Origin: Bacillales bacterium UBA3789
GTDB lineage: Bacteria > Bacillota_I > Bacilli_A > RF39 > UBA660
Length of the DNA stretch: 64,000 bases
Direction of reading: 5' to 3'
Assembly: GCA_002369415.1 (NCBI GenBank)
Contig: DFEZ01000010.1
Coordinates: 6,059 to 70,058, forward strand
The position numbers and the translations under genes were made by a program. Of this stretch, positions 10,319 through 20,197 are shown piece by piece (positions within the stretch are counted from its first letter, which is position 1; each line of letters starts with the position of its first letter). A model generated the notes under the pieces. The model did no database searches. It was given only the letters and a program-made list of their open reading frames with translations, and was not told where the DNA came from.

Positions 10319-10621
10319 TTAGTTGTCTTCAACAACTGTCTTGATATTACTATTATTATATCTCAATCCTTGTTCTTCCGCAACCGCTTGGATTTTTGTT
10401 AGAGAAGCTAACTCATCAATTGTCATTGCAAGAGATTCATTAGTTTTCTTTTGAGTTTCTATCTCTTTCTTTTGTTTTTCTACTTCAAAGTTTACTTTAG
10501 CTAATGTTGCTTTTGAAAAAACTATTGATACAGGGGATATAACTAGTAAAAAGATTGCTAATGTATATAATAGTTTTTCAAACTTTGAAATTTTAATTTG
10601 CTTTTTTACTCTTTTTGCCAT
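10319..10621 (-). CDS. ftsL: Cell division protein FtsL
   Basis: Short basic N-terminus, TM and coiled coil; located between rsmH and the PBP gene. Confidence 0.85.
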   Translation of the reverse strand: MAKRVKKQIKISKFEKLLYTLAIFLLVISPVSIVFSKATLAKVNFEVEKQKKEIETQKKTNESLAMTIDELASLTKIQAVAEEQGLRYNNSNIKTVVEDN

Positions 10622-10631
10622 AACTTTCTCC

Positions 10632-11561
10632 TTATTTTATTCTTTCAATAACACGTAGCTTTGAACTTCTAGCTCGTGGGTTATTTTCTATTTCTTCTTC
10701 TGTAGGAACAATTGCTTTATTTACTACTAATTTAAAGTCTGGTAGATATTCATCAGGAATATTTGGCATTCCTTTTAATCTTTCATCAACTTTCGTTTTT
10801 TCTTTAAAGAAGTTCTTTACTATCCTATCTTCTAATGAATGGAATGTAATAACTGCAACTCTTCCTCCTACTTTAATCAAGTCAAGGGCTTGTTCTAAAG
10901 CAGGTTCTAAAACATCTAGTTCTTTATTTACTTCTATTCTTATAGCTTGGAATATTTGTCTTGCTGGATGTTTTTCTATTTTGAATTTCATTGGAACAGC
11001 TGTTTTAATTACTTCTACTAATTCCAATGTTGTTTCTATTGGTTTATTCTTACGATATTCACATATCTTTTTAGCTATATTATTAGAGAATTTATCTTCT
11101 CCATATTTAAAAAAAATTCTTGCAAGATCTTCTTTTGAGTAATTATTTACTACATCATAAGCTGTTAATTTTTGATCTTGGTCCATTCTCATATCAAGTT
11201 TTGCATCATTATGAAATGAGAATCCTCTTTTTTCATCATCTAGTTGGGGTGATGAAACTCCTAAATCAAATAGGATTCCATCTACTTCAGTAACTCCTAG
11301 TTTAGCAAGTTCTTCTTTCATATGAACGAAGTTACTTTTTAGGATAGTGAAGTTAGTGCCGATCTTGGATAAGCGATCGGCACTATGCCGAATTGCTTCA
11401 CTATCTTGGTCAAAGGCGAATAAATACCCCTTACTTATTCTATCTAAGATGTTACTACTGTGTCCTCCATAGCCTAAGGTTGCGTCCACTATAACGCTAT
11501 TTTCTTTTAAATTTAGGGAGGAAATAGATTCGTTTAGTAATACGCTTATGTGTTTTTCCAT
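10632..11561 (-). CDS. rsmH: 16S rRNA m4C1402 methyltransferase RsmH
   Basis: HISVLL, DATLGYGGHS, DLGVSSPQLD, FHSLEDRIVK and NPRARSSKLR motifs. Confidence 0.97.
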   Translation of the reverse strand: MEKHISVLLNESISSLNLKENSVIVDATLGYGGHSSNILDRISKGYLFAFDQDSEAIRHSADRLSKIGTNFTILKSNFVHMKEELAKLGVTEVDGILFDLGVSSPQLDDEKRGFSFHNDAKLDMRMDQDQKLTAYDVVNNYSKEDLARIFFKYGEDKFSNNIAKKICEYRKNKPIETTLELVEVIKTAVPMKFKIEKHPARQIFQAIRIEVNKELDVLEPALEQALDLIKVGGRVAVITFHSLEDRIVKNFFKEKTKVDERLKGMPNIPDEYLPDFKLVVNKAIVPTEEEIENNPRARSSKLRVIERIK

Positions 11562-11998
11562 TAAATGTTCACGCTCTCGTTAAATAAATTTTCGGCTATG
11601 TCTGACATATTATCTTTCGCAGAATCGAAGAAACAATTCCAGTCTTCTTGTGACCATATTTCTAATCTTTCGCCAGTTCCTATAACAACGCAGTCTTTTT
11701 TTAGATTTGCATAACCTATTAAAGGTTGTGTCACATTTACTCTTCCTTGTTTATCTAATTCTACTTCCGTAGCGCCTGACATAAAGAAGCGGACGAATTG
11801 TCTAGCATCTTTCTTGGTAAAAGGTAAAGTATTAAGTTTATCGCAGATTTTATTCCAACTATCAATAGGATATACAAATAAACAGTTCTCAATTCCTCTT
11901 GTAATAATAAAATATTTGCCTAGGGATTCCCTAAATTTAGCAGGAATAATAATTCTTCCTTTTTCATCAATTGTATGATGATATTCTCCTATAAACAT
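11561..11998 (-). CDS. mraZ: Transcriptional regulator MraZ
   Basis: MFIGEY..IDEKGR and LDKQGR motifs; first gene of the dcw operon. Confidence 0.97.
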   Translation of the reverse strand: MFIGEYHHTIDEKGRIIIPAKFRESLGKYFIITRGIENCLFVYPIDSWNKICDKLNTLPFTKKDARQFVRFFMSGATEVELDKQGRVNVTQPLIGYANLKKDCVVIGTGERLEIWSQEDWNCFFDSAKDNMSDIAENLFNESVNI

Positions 11999-12008
11999 TT
12001 TTCATCCC

Positions 12009-12032
12009 CCACTTTTCACCACTATCAACCAC
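12009..12032 (-). promoter_or_regulatory. MraZ operator: three GTGG repeats at 10-bp period
   Basis: CCAC at 12009, 12019 and 12029 on + (GTGG-N6 x3 on -), directly upstream of mraZ; matches the known MraZ binding-repeat architecture. Confidence 0.85.
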
Positions 12033-12073
12033 TACCTACTATAATATTACATAATAATCGTTTATTTGTAAAC

Positions 12074-12100
12074 AAAAAAAAAGACTTTTTAAGTCTTTTT
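12074..12100 (-). terminator. Intrinsic terminator after the pilin-like gene
   Basis: AAAAAGACTT-ttt-AAGTCTTTTT inverted repeat with a long T tract on the minus strand. Confidence 0.65.
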
Positions 12101-12116
12101 ACAATTATTTACAAAA

Positions 12117-14783
12117 CTAAGGTGTCTTTGTCTCGGCTTCTGATGTATCACTATGATAATAATTTTTAGTCTTGCCTTTACACAAAGTACACGATTTATA
12201 TTTAATATATGTTTCTGATGATCTGTTTCCAGCATTATCAACAGCAACAATTATTTCTACTCCTACAGACATTCCAATATACCCATTATTATCAGAATAC
12301 TCATTTGGCCAATATCCTGCATGACCATTATAATATCCAGTCAATGGTTGTGTTTTTCCAATTGTAAATGCAGTTACTTTTGTTGTTCGTGGTGGAATAC
12401 TATATAGTGGACTTGCGCCGCTCAAATTACATCTTATTTTATTGTTACCTATACCTATTAGATTTTCTCCTCTTTCACGAGTATTAGTTGGATCATAACA
12501 TTTTGCTTTAAATGAGTGTTCATAATATGCTATACCACTTTTTACTCCGTTATTTGTAGCATCATCTGTTGCCCTAAAACTAAGTACGAAAGTTCCTCCA
12601 CAAAAATCTGTTGTAGTACAACCATATGTAGTACCCGATCCATTATCTTTTCCAGCAGGAATATCGTATGTTCCTCTATTTCCTGTTCCATAAGTAGAAT
12701 CAAGGCTAAAATTAATAGGTACTGCCGGTGGTGCAGTTTTATCTATTTTATAAGAACTACTATCGCATGTTTTCGTTGCTCCCCAGTTATCATGTATTAT
12801 AAGTCTTACTGACCATTCTCCTTCAGCAGATAATGTCTGAGTAGTTATAGAAGCATTTTTATTACCCTTATCTGTCCACTCACCTGAACCCTTTTTTAAG
12901 TACCAATCATATGAAACTATGTCACTTCCAAAGGCAAAAGTAAGTTTTATGTCTTGATTTGTCCAGTTGTTTTTTGTATAGCTTTTTTCTCCAACCTTAG
13001 CAGTTATAGTAGGACATTTTATAGTAGGTCTACACTCTGCTGTAAATGTTCTTTCAGTAGCACCTGAAAATGTCCATTTTCCACCAGAGTTTATATGTTT
13101 TGCTCCATTACTATTTGTTGACCATCCGCAATCATATCCTTGCTTTGTTATTTTAGGTAATGTTGCTTCTAAAGAATTCCAACCAGCACTGAATGATACT
13201 TCACCAGTTGATTCTCTTAAATTTTTAAATGTTGTTTCTTTTACATTGTCTAATTTGTTTGCATTAGATGTATTGTTTCCATACGTATGTGTACTAGTAT
13301 CCATTCCAGTAATATTCCATCCTCCGAAAGTATAGGATGCTTTTGCTCCACTTTTTGAAAAAGTTGAACCTTTATAATCTATACTTGCTCCTGTTGAGCC
13401 AACATTAAATGTTGCACTTACACTTTTTGAAGGATTTGAAACAGTAAAAGTTTGACCAACTATAATAGTTTCTGGGTGTTCACTTCCATGTGTTCCATTA
13501 TCAAGACTATATTTAATTGTATATCTAGGTGCAGTTTTATAATTTTCAGTAAAATCAGCAGAGTTTCCTGCTTCATCAGCAACATTATAATAAACAGGAT
13601 ACGTAGTATTATATTTATCAATTTCTGTTAAAGAATATTGCGCTTTATAATCTACATAATAATTACTTATATATGATGAATTATCGGCATAAGAACCAAC
13701 ACAATAATTGAAATTCTTACCGACATATTTTCCTGTTAAATAATATGTTCTAAGTAAATAACTATTTGGTTTATTAGGATTTGGAATAGATTTATATACT
13801 CCTGCGCATATTTTTAATTTTGCTTTTGGTGTAATATTATCTGTTGCATCTATTTTTAAATTTGGAGTTAAAGAATTATAATCTGGAGATAATGATTCAA
13901 TCTTTTTGCTATTTACTACAGGTGGTTCATTATCTATATTAAATGGTCCAAATATCAAATATTTTTCACCATTTTCTTGTTGCCATGATGCATCATATAA
14001 ATCATATAATCTATCTACTCTTACATGTAAATAATATGATCCTGATTTTCCTGTTGGTGTATATATTAATGAAGAATAAGCAGTTATTATATGCTCTCCT
14101 TGCCAATTTGAAGACAATCTTTCCTTTTGATTTGCAGGTACTTTTATTCTTACCCTTTTATAATTAAGTCCCTCATCAATTTCATTAGAGGTACTCCAAG
14201 CATAATAAATTTCTACGCCTTGATTAATGCCAGTTACACTTTCTATATAAATATTTGTATTATGCTTTTTACGATAACTGGTATTTCTATCAGGATCAGC
14301 AGCTACTGCTATTCCATTAGATATTTCATCATTACATAAAGTGTCACATTTTGCAGAAGCCATAGTATGAGGAGTATCCTGTTGTGGATAAATAACACTT
14401 ACACTATTTGTTTTCTTGTCTTTACAACCAATAAAACTATCATAAGTATATGTATCTCCTACTTTATTTACTCTTACAAATGTGTTGCCTGTATCACAAC
14501 TAATATCTTTTACAGTAATATCTTTTGCTAATTTTTTTGACTCTAATTCTTCATACTTTATGCAGGCACATCCATTTTCTTTTCTTCCGAATAGGTCTTC
14601 ATCGTATGAATCTACATATAGTTTTGCACTTGATTTTAGAGAGTTTTGATAAGTAGTATATTTTCTTTCAGCATTTTTTTGTTGTAGTGTTCTAATTGCA
14701 GGAAAAGATAATCCTACTACTATTCCTATGATTACCATTACTACTAATAACTCTACTAATGTGAATCCCTTACTATTCTTCAT
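12117..14783 (-). CDS. Large type IV prepilin-like surface protein (888 aa)
   Basis: Class III signal MKNSKG|FTLVELL with Glu5; downstream Ig-like boundaries (DNEPP, DKTAP) and B-repeat-like segments (YTFGGW); Cys-rich. Confidence 0.85.
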   Translation of the reverse strand: MKNSKGFTLVELLVVMVIIGIVVGLSFPAIRTLQQKNAERKYTTYQNSLKSSAKLYVDSYDEDLFGRKENGCACIKYEELESKKLAKDITVKDISCDTGNTFVRVNKVGDTYTYDSFIGCKDKKTNSVSVIYPQQDTPHTMASAKCDTLCNDEISNGIAVAADPDRNTSYRKKHNTNIYIESVTGINQGVEIYYAWSTSNEIDEGLNYKRVRIKVPANQKERLSSNWQGEHIITAYSSLIYTPTGKSGSYYLHVRVDRLYDLYDASWQQENGEKYLIFGPFNIDNEPPVVNSKKIESLSPDYNSLTPNLKIDATDNITPKAKLKICAGVYKSIPNPNKPNSYLLRTYYLTGKYVGKNFNYCVGSYADNSSYISNYYVDYKAQYSLTEIDKYNTTYPVYYNVADEAGNSADFTENYKTAPRYTIKYSLDNGTHGSEHPETIIVGQTFTVSNPSKSVSATFNVGSTGASIDYKGSTFSKSGAKASYTFGGWNITGMDTSTHTYGNNTSNANKLDNVKETTFKNLRESTGEVSFSAGWNSLEATLPKITKQGYDCGWSTNSNGAKHINSGGKWTFSGATERTFTAECRPTIKCPTITAKVGEKSYTKNNWTNQDIKLTFAFGSDIVSYDWYLKKGSGEWTDKGNKNASITTQTLSAEGEWSVRLIIHDNWGATKTCDSSSYKIDKTAPPAVPINFSLDSTYGTGNRGTYDIPAGKDNGSGTTYGCTTTDFCGGTFVLSFRATDDATNNGVKSGIAYYEHSFKAKCYDPTNTRERGENLIGIGNNKIRCNLSGASPLYSIPPRTTKVTAFTIGKTQPLTGYYNGHAGYWPNEYSDNNGYIGMSVGVEIIVAVDNAGNRSSETYIKYKSCTLCKGKTKNYYHSDTSEAETKTP

Positions 14784-15115
14784 TATTTTCCTCCATTTGT
14801 AGTTTCTATTTCTACTTTATATTCTTTATTTTCTGAAATAGAATTGTCTTTTGAATTATAAATAAAAATTCTATTTATTTGTTCATCATAGTCTATAGTT
14901 ATTTTGTATATTGATCCTTCTTTTGTCATTTTATCCTTACTACATTCATTTGTTTCAAATTTCTCATTACATAATTTGATTATTTGTTCTTCAGATAATG
15001 ATTTTATTGTAGAAGAGTCTTTCTTCTTATCAGTATTATTTATTCCTAATAATCCTAATACTAATAAAACAACTGCTACAAAAACTATTATAATTATTAA
15101 AACAACTCTCTTCAT
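14783..15115 (-). CDS. Small membrane-anchored hypothetical protein
   Basis: N-terminal TM; its stop overlaps the start of the pilin-like gene. Confidence 0.7.
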   Translation of the reverse strand: MKRVVLIIIIVFVAVVLLVLGLLGINNTDKKKDSSTIKSLSEEQIIKLCNEKFETNECSKDKMTKEGSIYKITIDYDEQINRIFIYNSKDNSISENKEYKVEIETTNGGK

Positions 15116-15180
15116 CTTACTACCTCACTATTATAGTATATCAATTAGTTAAAAAAAAATAAATAACAGATTTCTGTTAT

Positions 15181-16191
15181 TTATATTAAACTTCTTCTAA
15201 TAAATGTATCAACGTCTTTATCTATATAGATATCTATTGTACCTTTATCTACAATTTTTACAAAACCTAAGCCACTTATTACAAGGTCTTCGTCATATTT
15301 CATTTGATAAGTAATCTTATTTTTATCTTTTAATTCAGAATTATTAAGTAAGTTTAATAATCTTCTTACTCTAAGATCATTTGAAATATATAGTGTAAAA
15401 CTATTCTTTTCTCCTTCAACATAATCTATTCTTACTAAGTCTTCAATAATAATAGATTGATTCTTCTTAAGTTGATATGTTCTTGGTTTAATTTCTTTCT
15501 TAGCATTTATTCTTTTAACCATGTCTTTATCTACATGATTTAACATTGAACCATTATCAACAAGACCAGGAGTATCTATTAGAGTTAAATATTCATCTAT
15601 TTCAATAGTTATTGTACTTAATGTTGTTGATGGAAGAGGACTTTCTGTTAATTCTTGAACATTTTGAGAATAATTTTTTATTAATTTGTTAATTAGAGAA
15701 GATTTTCCAGCATTAGTATGTCCTATTACATAAACGTTCTTAGATGTTTGATAGAATTTGATTCTTTTAAGCAAGTAATCAATATTATAGTTTTTAGCTG
15801 TACTTATTACTATTATTTCTTCGAAGTTAAGTCCTTTTTTCTCTATATATTGTTTTAATTTTTCTTCTTTTACTGATTGTGGGAAAACATCTTTTTTATT
15901 AAGAACTAATATCATCTTATTATCAATGATACTTCTAATTTCTTCTAGATTTTGTTCTAGATTAAGTAAATCAGTTATATATAAAACTAAATCTTTTGTC
16001 TCTCCTACTCCTTTTAAGATATTTAAGTATTCATCATTACTTTTAGTAACAACTTGATACTCTCCATAGTTTTTCATACGAAAACATCTTTGACACAAGT
16101 CATTTTCTATATTTGTTGTATATCCTTCTTGAAGGACATTTTCATCTTGTAGGAGGACTCCACATCCTAAGCATCGCTTCTCATCATTCAT
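15181..16191 (-). CDS. yqeH: Ribosome biogenesis GTPase YqeH
   Basis: CxxC...CxxC zinc finger; circularly permuted G motifs NKKD, GHTNAGKSS and DTPG. Likely start MNDEK at 16191 (track start 16227). Confidence 0.9.
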   Translation of the reverse strand: MNDEKRCLGCGVLLQDENVLQEGYTTNIENDLCQRCFRMKNYGEYQVVTKSNDEYLNILKGVGETKDLVLYITDLLNLEQNLEEIRSIIDNKMILVLNKKDVFPQSVKEEKLKQYIEKKGLNFEEIIVISTAKNYNIDYLLKRIKFYQTSKNVYVIGHTNAGKSSLINKLIKNYSQNVQELTESPLPSTTLSTITIEIDEYLTLIDTPGLVDNGSMLNHVDKDMVKRINAKKEIKPRTYQLKKNQSIIIEDLVRIDYVEGEKNSFTLYISNDLRVRRLLNLLNNSELKDKNKITYQMKYDEDLVISGLGFVKIVDKGTIDIYIDKDVDTFIRRSLI

Positions 16192-16711
16192 AGTATTTAC
16201 CTCTTTCAAATATTCCTTTTTTCTCATATTTCTTTATTATATAATTCTCAAATATTCTAGTTATTTTTGTAATCTTTAAATCTTCTCCACCGATTGGATC
16301 TACTAGAATTGTTTTTATTTTGAATCTATTTCCACATAGGATATCAGTTATTATTTGATCTCCTATAATACACATTTCTTTTTTTGTTAAATTGTAATTC
16401 TTTTTAATCTTTCTTAAACCTCTAGTAGTTGGTTTCATACTCCAAGATACTCCCTCTACTCCTATGTCCTTTAAGTATGGTTTTAGTCTACTTCTAGTAT
16501 TATTTGAACTTATAAGTATTAGGAAATCTTCTTGTAGTTTTCTTAATAGCATTTTTGTTTTTCTTGGACATTTCTTGTGGCTTATTAAACCCAATGTATT
16601 ATCAAGGTCAAAAACAAGACAAGTAATACCTTGTTCTTGTAATTTTTTGTAATCAATATCAAATATGCTTTTTTTATACATTGATGGTTTAAACATCCCC
16701 ATTGAAATCAC
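16184..16711 (-). CDS. yqeG: HAD IIIA phosphatase YqeG
   Basis: FDLDNTL, SNN, KP and IGDQIITD motifs; adjacent to yqeH. Confidence 0.92.
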   Translation of the reverse strand: MISMGMFKPSMYKKSIFDIDYKKLQEQGITCLVFDLDNTLGLISHKKCPRKTKMLLRKLQEDFLILISSNNTRSRLKPYLKDIGVEGVSWSMKPTTRGLRKIKKNYNLTKKEMCIIGDQIITDILCGNRFKIKTILVDPIGGEDLKITKITRIFENYIIKKYEKKGIFERGKYYE

Positions 16712-16744
16712 CTATATAATTATATATTAAATAATATATTTTGT

Positions 16745-18181
16745 CTAATTATTAACTCTTTGAGTTACCATATCAGTGTCCATAGTAATCTTTTCGAATC
16801 TATAGCCATTTTCTTTACCATATCTAATTATTCTTCTTAGAGCATCTCTAGTATATGGTTTAATGTCATGCATTAGTACCATGTTTGCTCTATTCTTACG
16901 TAAACTATTAACAACATTATTATAGATTTGGTCTGATGTTGGGTATCCTCCAGCAGCGTCTCCACTACTTAGATTCCAATCGTAATATCTAAATCCTCTA
17001 TTTTGTACTTCTACTGTTAATCTAGACATAATTCCCCATGAATATCTTCTACTTACTGTATTACTACTTCCTCCTGGGAATCTTGAAATCTTACTCTCAT
17101 ATCCTGTAATATTTTTTACTCTATTTTGTACGGCATATAAGTCATTGAAGAATGCATCATCTGATGAATAAATACCTGCATAATCATGTGAACATGTATG
17201 AAGAGCAACTGTATGTCCTTCATCATACTCTCTTTTAATTAAATAATCTGGTCCTTTACAAGTAACAAAAAATGTTGCTTGTACACCTTCTTCTTTTAAA
17301 ATATCTAGAATTACATTTGTTGTTCCTTCTTGTGGTCCATCATCAAATGTTAGATAAATTACTCCATTTTTATTTCTTTCAATTACTCTAACTGTTCTAG
17401 TAATAGTTGCTTCATTCTTTGCTTTATCTTGTACTTTATAAGTTAATTTATATTCTCCTAAAGCTGAAGTATTTACTTCTCCTTCAGTAGTATATTTATC
17501 AGAAATATCCCCATCACAATTATCAGTTGCTTTAACGCCTTCTTCTTGATAATTATCTCCAATATAAACATTTTTATATTCTGATCCAATTAATTCAATC
17601 GTTGGTTTTTCTATATCTTCAAACAATACTTTTTTCTTAACTTCTTTTTTATTACCACTACTATCAGTAACAGTATAAGTAACAATATTTTCTTTTTCGT
17701 CATAAGATACTTTTACTTTTTTAGATATATCTCCATCATAATTATCAGTTGCTTTTACTTTCTTTTTATATTTAACTTCTGCTCCTGGACAGATATAAAT
17801 ATTATCTTTATTCATTTTTATTTTTGGTTTTTCTATATCAGCAACTCTTACTCTTCTAGTAATAGTTTTACCTAAAATACCATTACCAATTTTATAAGTA
17901 ATTTCATAGTCTCCTAATTTCTTAGTATTAACTTTACCTGTTACTTTTACTTTTTTAGTAATATCATCACCAAATTGTGTTGCTTTAAAACCAGCATCTT
18001 TATAATCACTTTTATAATTAATTGTAACAATCTTTTTACCTTTTAAATTAATTTGAGGTGTTAATACTTTGTTATATAAAACGATTCCTCCAAACAAAAG
18101 AAGAATTATTATAGTAGAAATAATAAAACTTTTATCGAAACCAAATTTTTTTAATGTTCTTTTTATTTTTCTCTTTCCCAT
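16745..18181 (-). CDS. Polysaccharide/peptidoglycan deacetylase (NodB, CE4) with Ig-like (DUF5011-type) repeats
   Basis: TFDDGP, HTCSH, RFPGG, DWN and LMHD motifs; three ATDNxDGDI-type Ig-like repeats; N-terminal TM. Confidence 0.9.
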   Translation of the reverse strand: MGKRKIKRTLKKFGFDKSFIISTIIILLLFGGIVLYNKVLTPQINLKGKKIVTINYKSDYKDAGFKATQFGDDITKKVKVTGKVNTKKLGDYEITYKIGNGILGKTITRRVRVADIEKPKIKMNKDNIYICPGAEVKYKKKVKATDNYDGDISKKVKVSYDEKENIVTYTVTDSSGNKKEVKKKVLFEDIEKPTIELIGSEYKNVYIGDNYQEEGVKATDNCDGDISDKYTTEGEVNTSALGEYKLTYKVQDKAKNEATITRTVRVIERNKNGVIYLTFDDGPQEGTTNVILDILKEEGVQATFFVTCKGPDYLIKREYDEGHTVALHTCSHDYAGIYSSDDAFFNDLYAVQNRVKNITGYESKISRFPGGSSNTVSRRYSWGIMSRLTVEVQNRGFRYYDWNLSSGDAAGGYPTSDQIYNNVVNSLRKNRANMVLMHDIKPYTRDALRRIIRYGKENGYRFEKITMDTDMVTQRVNN

Positions 18182-18259
18182 ACTATTAACACCATCTCTA
18201 GTTTATATTATATTAAAAAAATATTTATTTGTAAATCAAACAAAAAAAGATAATTTAAA

Positions 18260-19669
18260 TTATCTTCTTTTTAATTTACCCATTACTGTTTTATATGATC
18301 CTTTTAAGAAATCTATATTAGTTATAAATGCATAAATACATACAACTACTAAACTTAAGATATTTAAATAGAAATTGTTTTTATAGTATAAAATAATTGC
18401 AAAAGTAAATATTATGAATGTTTCTACTATAAATTTTTTATCTATTTTAATATTTACGTATTTCTTTAAATCAAAGTGTCTATATGTCATCATTACAAAG
18501 TATGCGATTGCTGTTGAAATGGCTGCTGCATATAATCCTATTATTTTAATAAATACTATATTGATTAAGATATTAATAATTGCTCCCATAATTGTAGTTG
18601 AAGCAACTTTTCCAGACATTTTCTTAGCTAAATAAATCTGACTATATAAACATATTGCAACATTACATACAGTACCAATTACAAGTGGTGGTATATAAAG
18701 ATATGCCTCTGCAAATTTTTCATTAATCATTATTGGGAATACGAATGGTAAGCATGCAATCATTCCTACTCCTAATGCTGTAAATAACCTCATAATGGTA
18801 TTTGTTATGTCTGAGAAGAATTCATCTCTATCTGGACTATTAATATGAAGAGATGCTGACTCTGCCCAACTTAAATTAAATATTCCAGTTAAACTACTGA
18901 TAATAGTTGGGAACTTATTACTTATTGCATATAAACCATTAAATGATGCTCCTAAAACAAATGAAATAATACTTCTATCTGAAACATTTACTATCCACCA
19001 ACTAATTCCATTTGGAACTAAAGGTATAGAATACTTATACATTTCTTTTAATAGTTTCTTATCTACTAATTTGAAATCAATCATCTTATATAGTTTTAAT
19101 CTAATAAATAAGTATGCTGCACAAATAAAGTTAGCTAAAGCCATTGATATAATCATACCTTCTGCCTGCATACCAAAATGTACGATTAATACTATATTTG
19201 ATATTACTGTAGTTAAACCAGTTAAAATACAACTTATCGAAAAGTCTAGAATCTTACCAAATCCTCTAGCAACTTGTAAGAAATTTCCTGATAAAACACA
19301 GACTATAATATCAACTAGAATAATAAATCTTAATGGTATATGTACAAAGCTTGTTACTATTAGATATAGGGCACTAAATAATACTAAGCTTATACAAAGT
19401 ACATAGAAATCATTACTCATCAGTTTCTTAGTATCTTTTTCTTTTCCTCTAGAATCAATTAGATATCTAAAGATACTCATCTCTAATTCTAAAGTTATGA
19501 TTGGTACTAATAAAGTTACATATGTCTGAATTAAATCAACTAAACCATATTCAGCAGTTGCAAGATATGCAGTATATAAAGGTAATAAGAAAAATGATAT
19601 TAATTGAGTACATACTTTACCAAAAAATATAATAATTGTCGTCTTAGCGAATTGCTTTTTCTTGTTCAT
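18260..19669 (-). CDS. Wzx/MOP-family oligosaccharide flippase
   Basis: Multi-pass membrane protein with LLPLYT..L...EYG and YSIPLVPN motifs of polysaccharide biosynthesis flippases. Confidence 0.85.
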   Translation of the reverse strand: MNKKKQFAKTTIIIFFGKVCTQLISFFLLPLYTAYLATAEYGLVDLIQTYVTLLVPIITLELEMSIFRYLIDSRGKEKDTKKLMSNDFYVLCISLVLFSALYLIVTSFVHIPLRFIILVDIIVCVLSGNFLQVARGFGKILDFSISCILTGLTTVISNIVLIVHFGMQAEGMIISMALANFICAAYLFIRLKLYKMIDFKLVDKKLLKEMYKYSIPLVPNGISWWIVNVSDRSIISFVLGASFNGLYAISNKFPTIISSLTGIFNLSWAESASLHINSPDRDEFFSDITNTIMRLFTALGVGMIACLPFVFPIMINEKFAEAYLYIPPLVIGTVCNVAICLYSQIYLAKKMSGKVASTTIMGAIINILINIVFIKIIGLYAAAISTAIAYFVMMTYRHFDLKKYVNIKIDKKFIVETFIIFTFAIILYYKNNFYLNILSLVVVCIYAFITNIDFLKGSYKTVMGKLKRR

Positions 19670-20114
19670 TTCTTCTCCTTCCGATTAGATAGTATAGACT
19701 TATTCCTATAAACGATCCAATCGTATCTATTAAAACATCTAATATTTCTCCACTTCTTCCAGGAACAAACAACTGATGTATTTCATCACTACAAGCATAT
19801 AATAAACAAAATAAAACACCATATATTATCATTCTTTTATCAATTATATTATATTCCTTTAGTAGTGATGCAACTAACAAACCTAAAACTAAATAAATCG
19901 ATAGATGTGCTCCCTTTCGAACTACAACTACAAATTTTTCAACGTATCTTGCTTTATCCTTTTTACTTAATTCTTTTCTATTAAACATTTCTGCAAATGT
20001 AATGATTAGTTTATTGCTTTTTTTAGTTGATTCATAAGATGAGTCACTTGAGAAGGTGAATATTGTTATCATACATATTAATACTAGTATTATTTTTATT
20101 ACTTTTTTAATCAT
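19644..20114 (-). CDS. VanZ family membrane protein
   Basis: RKGAH, YACSDEIHQLFVPGR and DVLID motifs. Confidence 0.9.
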   Translation of the reverse strand: MIKKVIKIILVLICMITIFTFSSDSSYESTKKSNKLIITFAEMFNRKELSKKDKARYVEKFVVVVRKGAHLSIYLVLGLLVASLLKEYNIIDKRMIIYGVLFCLLYACSDEIHQLFVPGRSGEILDVLIDTIGSFIGISLYYLIGRRRNEQEKAIR

Positions 20115-20197
20115 TAAATCACCTTAATTAAATATATCACATTGGGGGAAAATTTCAAGATTTACATATTATATCATAGAAAAAGAAGAAAGTCATT

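Noticed and set aside
19644-20114. vanZ as evidence of glycopeptide resistance
   Set aside because: VanZ-family genes are widespread and no vanHAX or vanRS genes are present.
20158-20186. dif-like sequence (CTATGA-TATAA-TATGTAAAT on minus)
   Set aside because: The spacer is too short relative to the Bacillus dif site; better explained as an extended -10 promoter upstream of vanZ.
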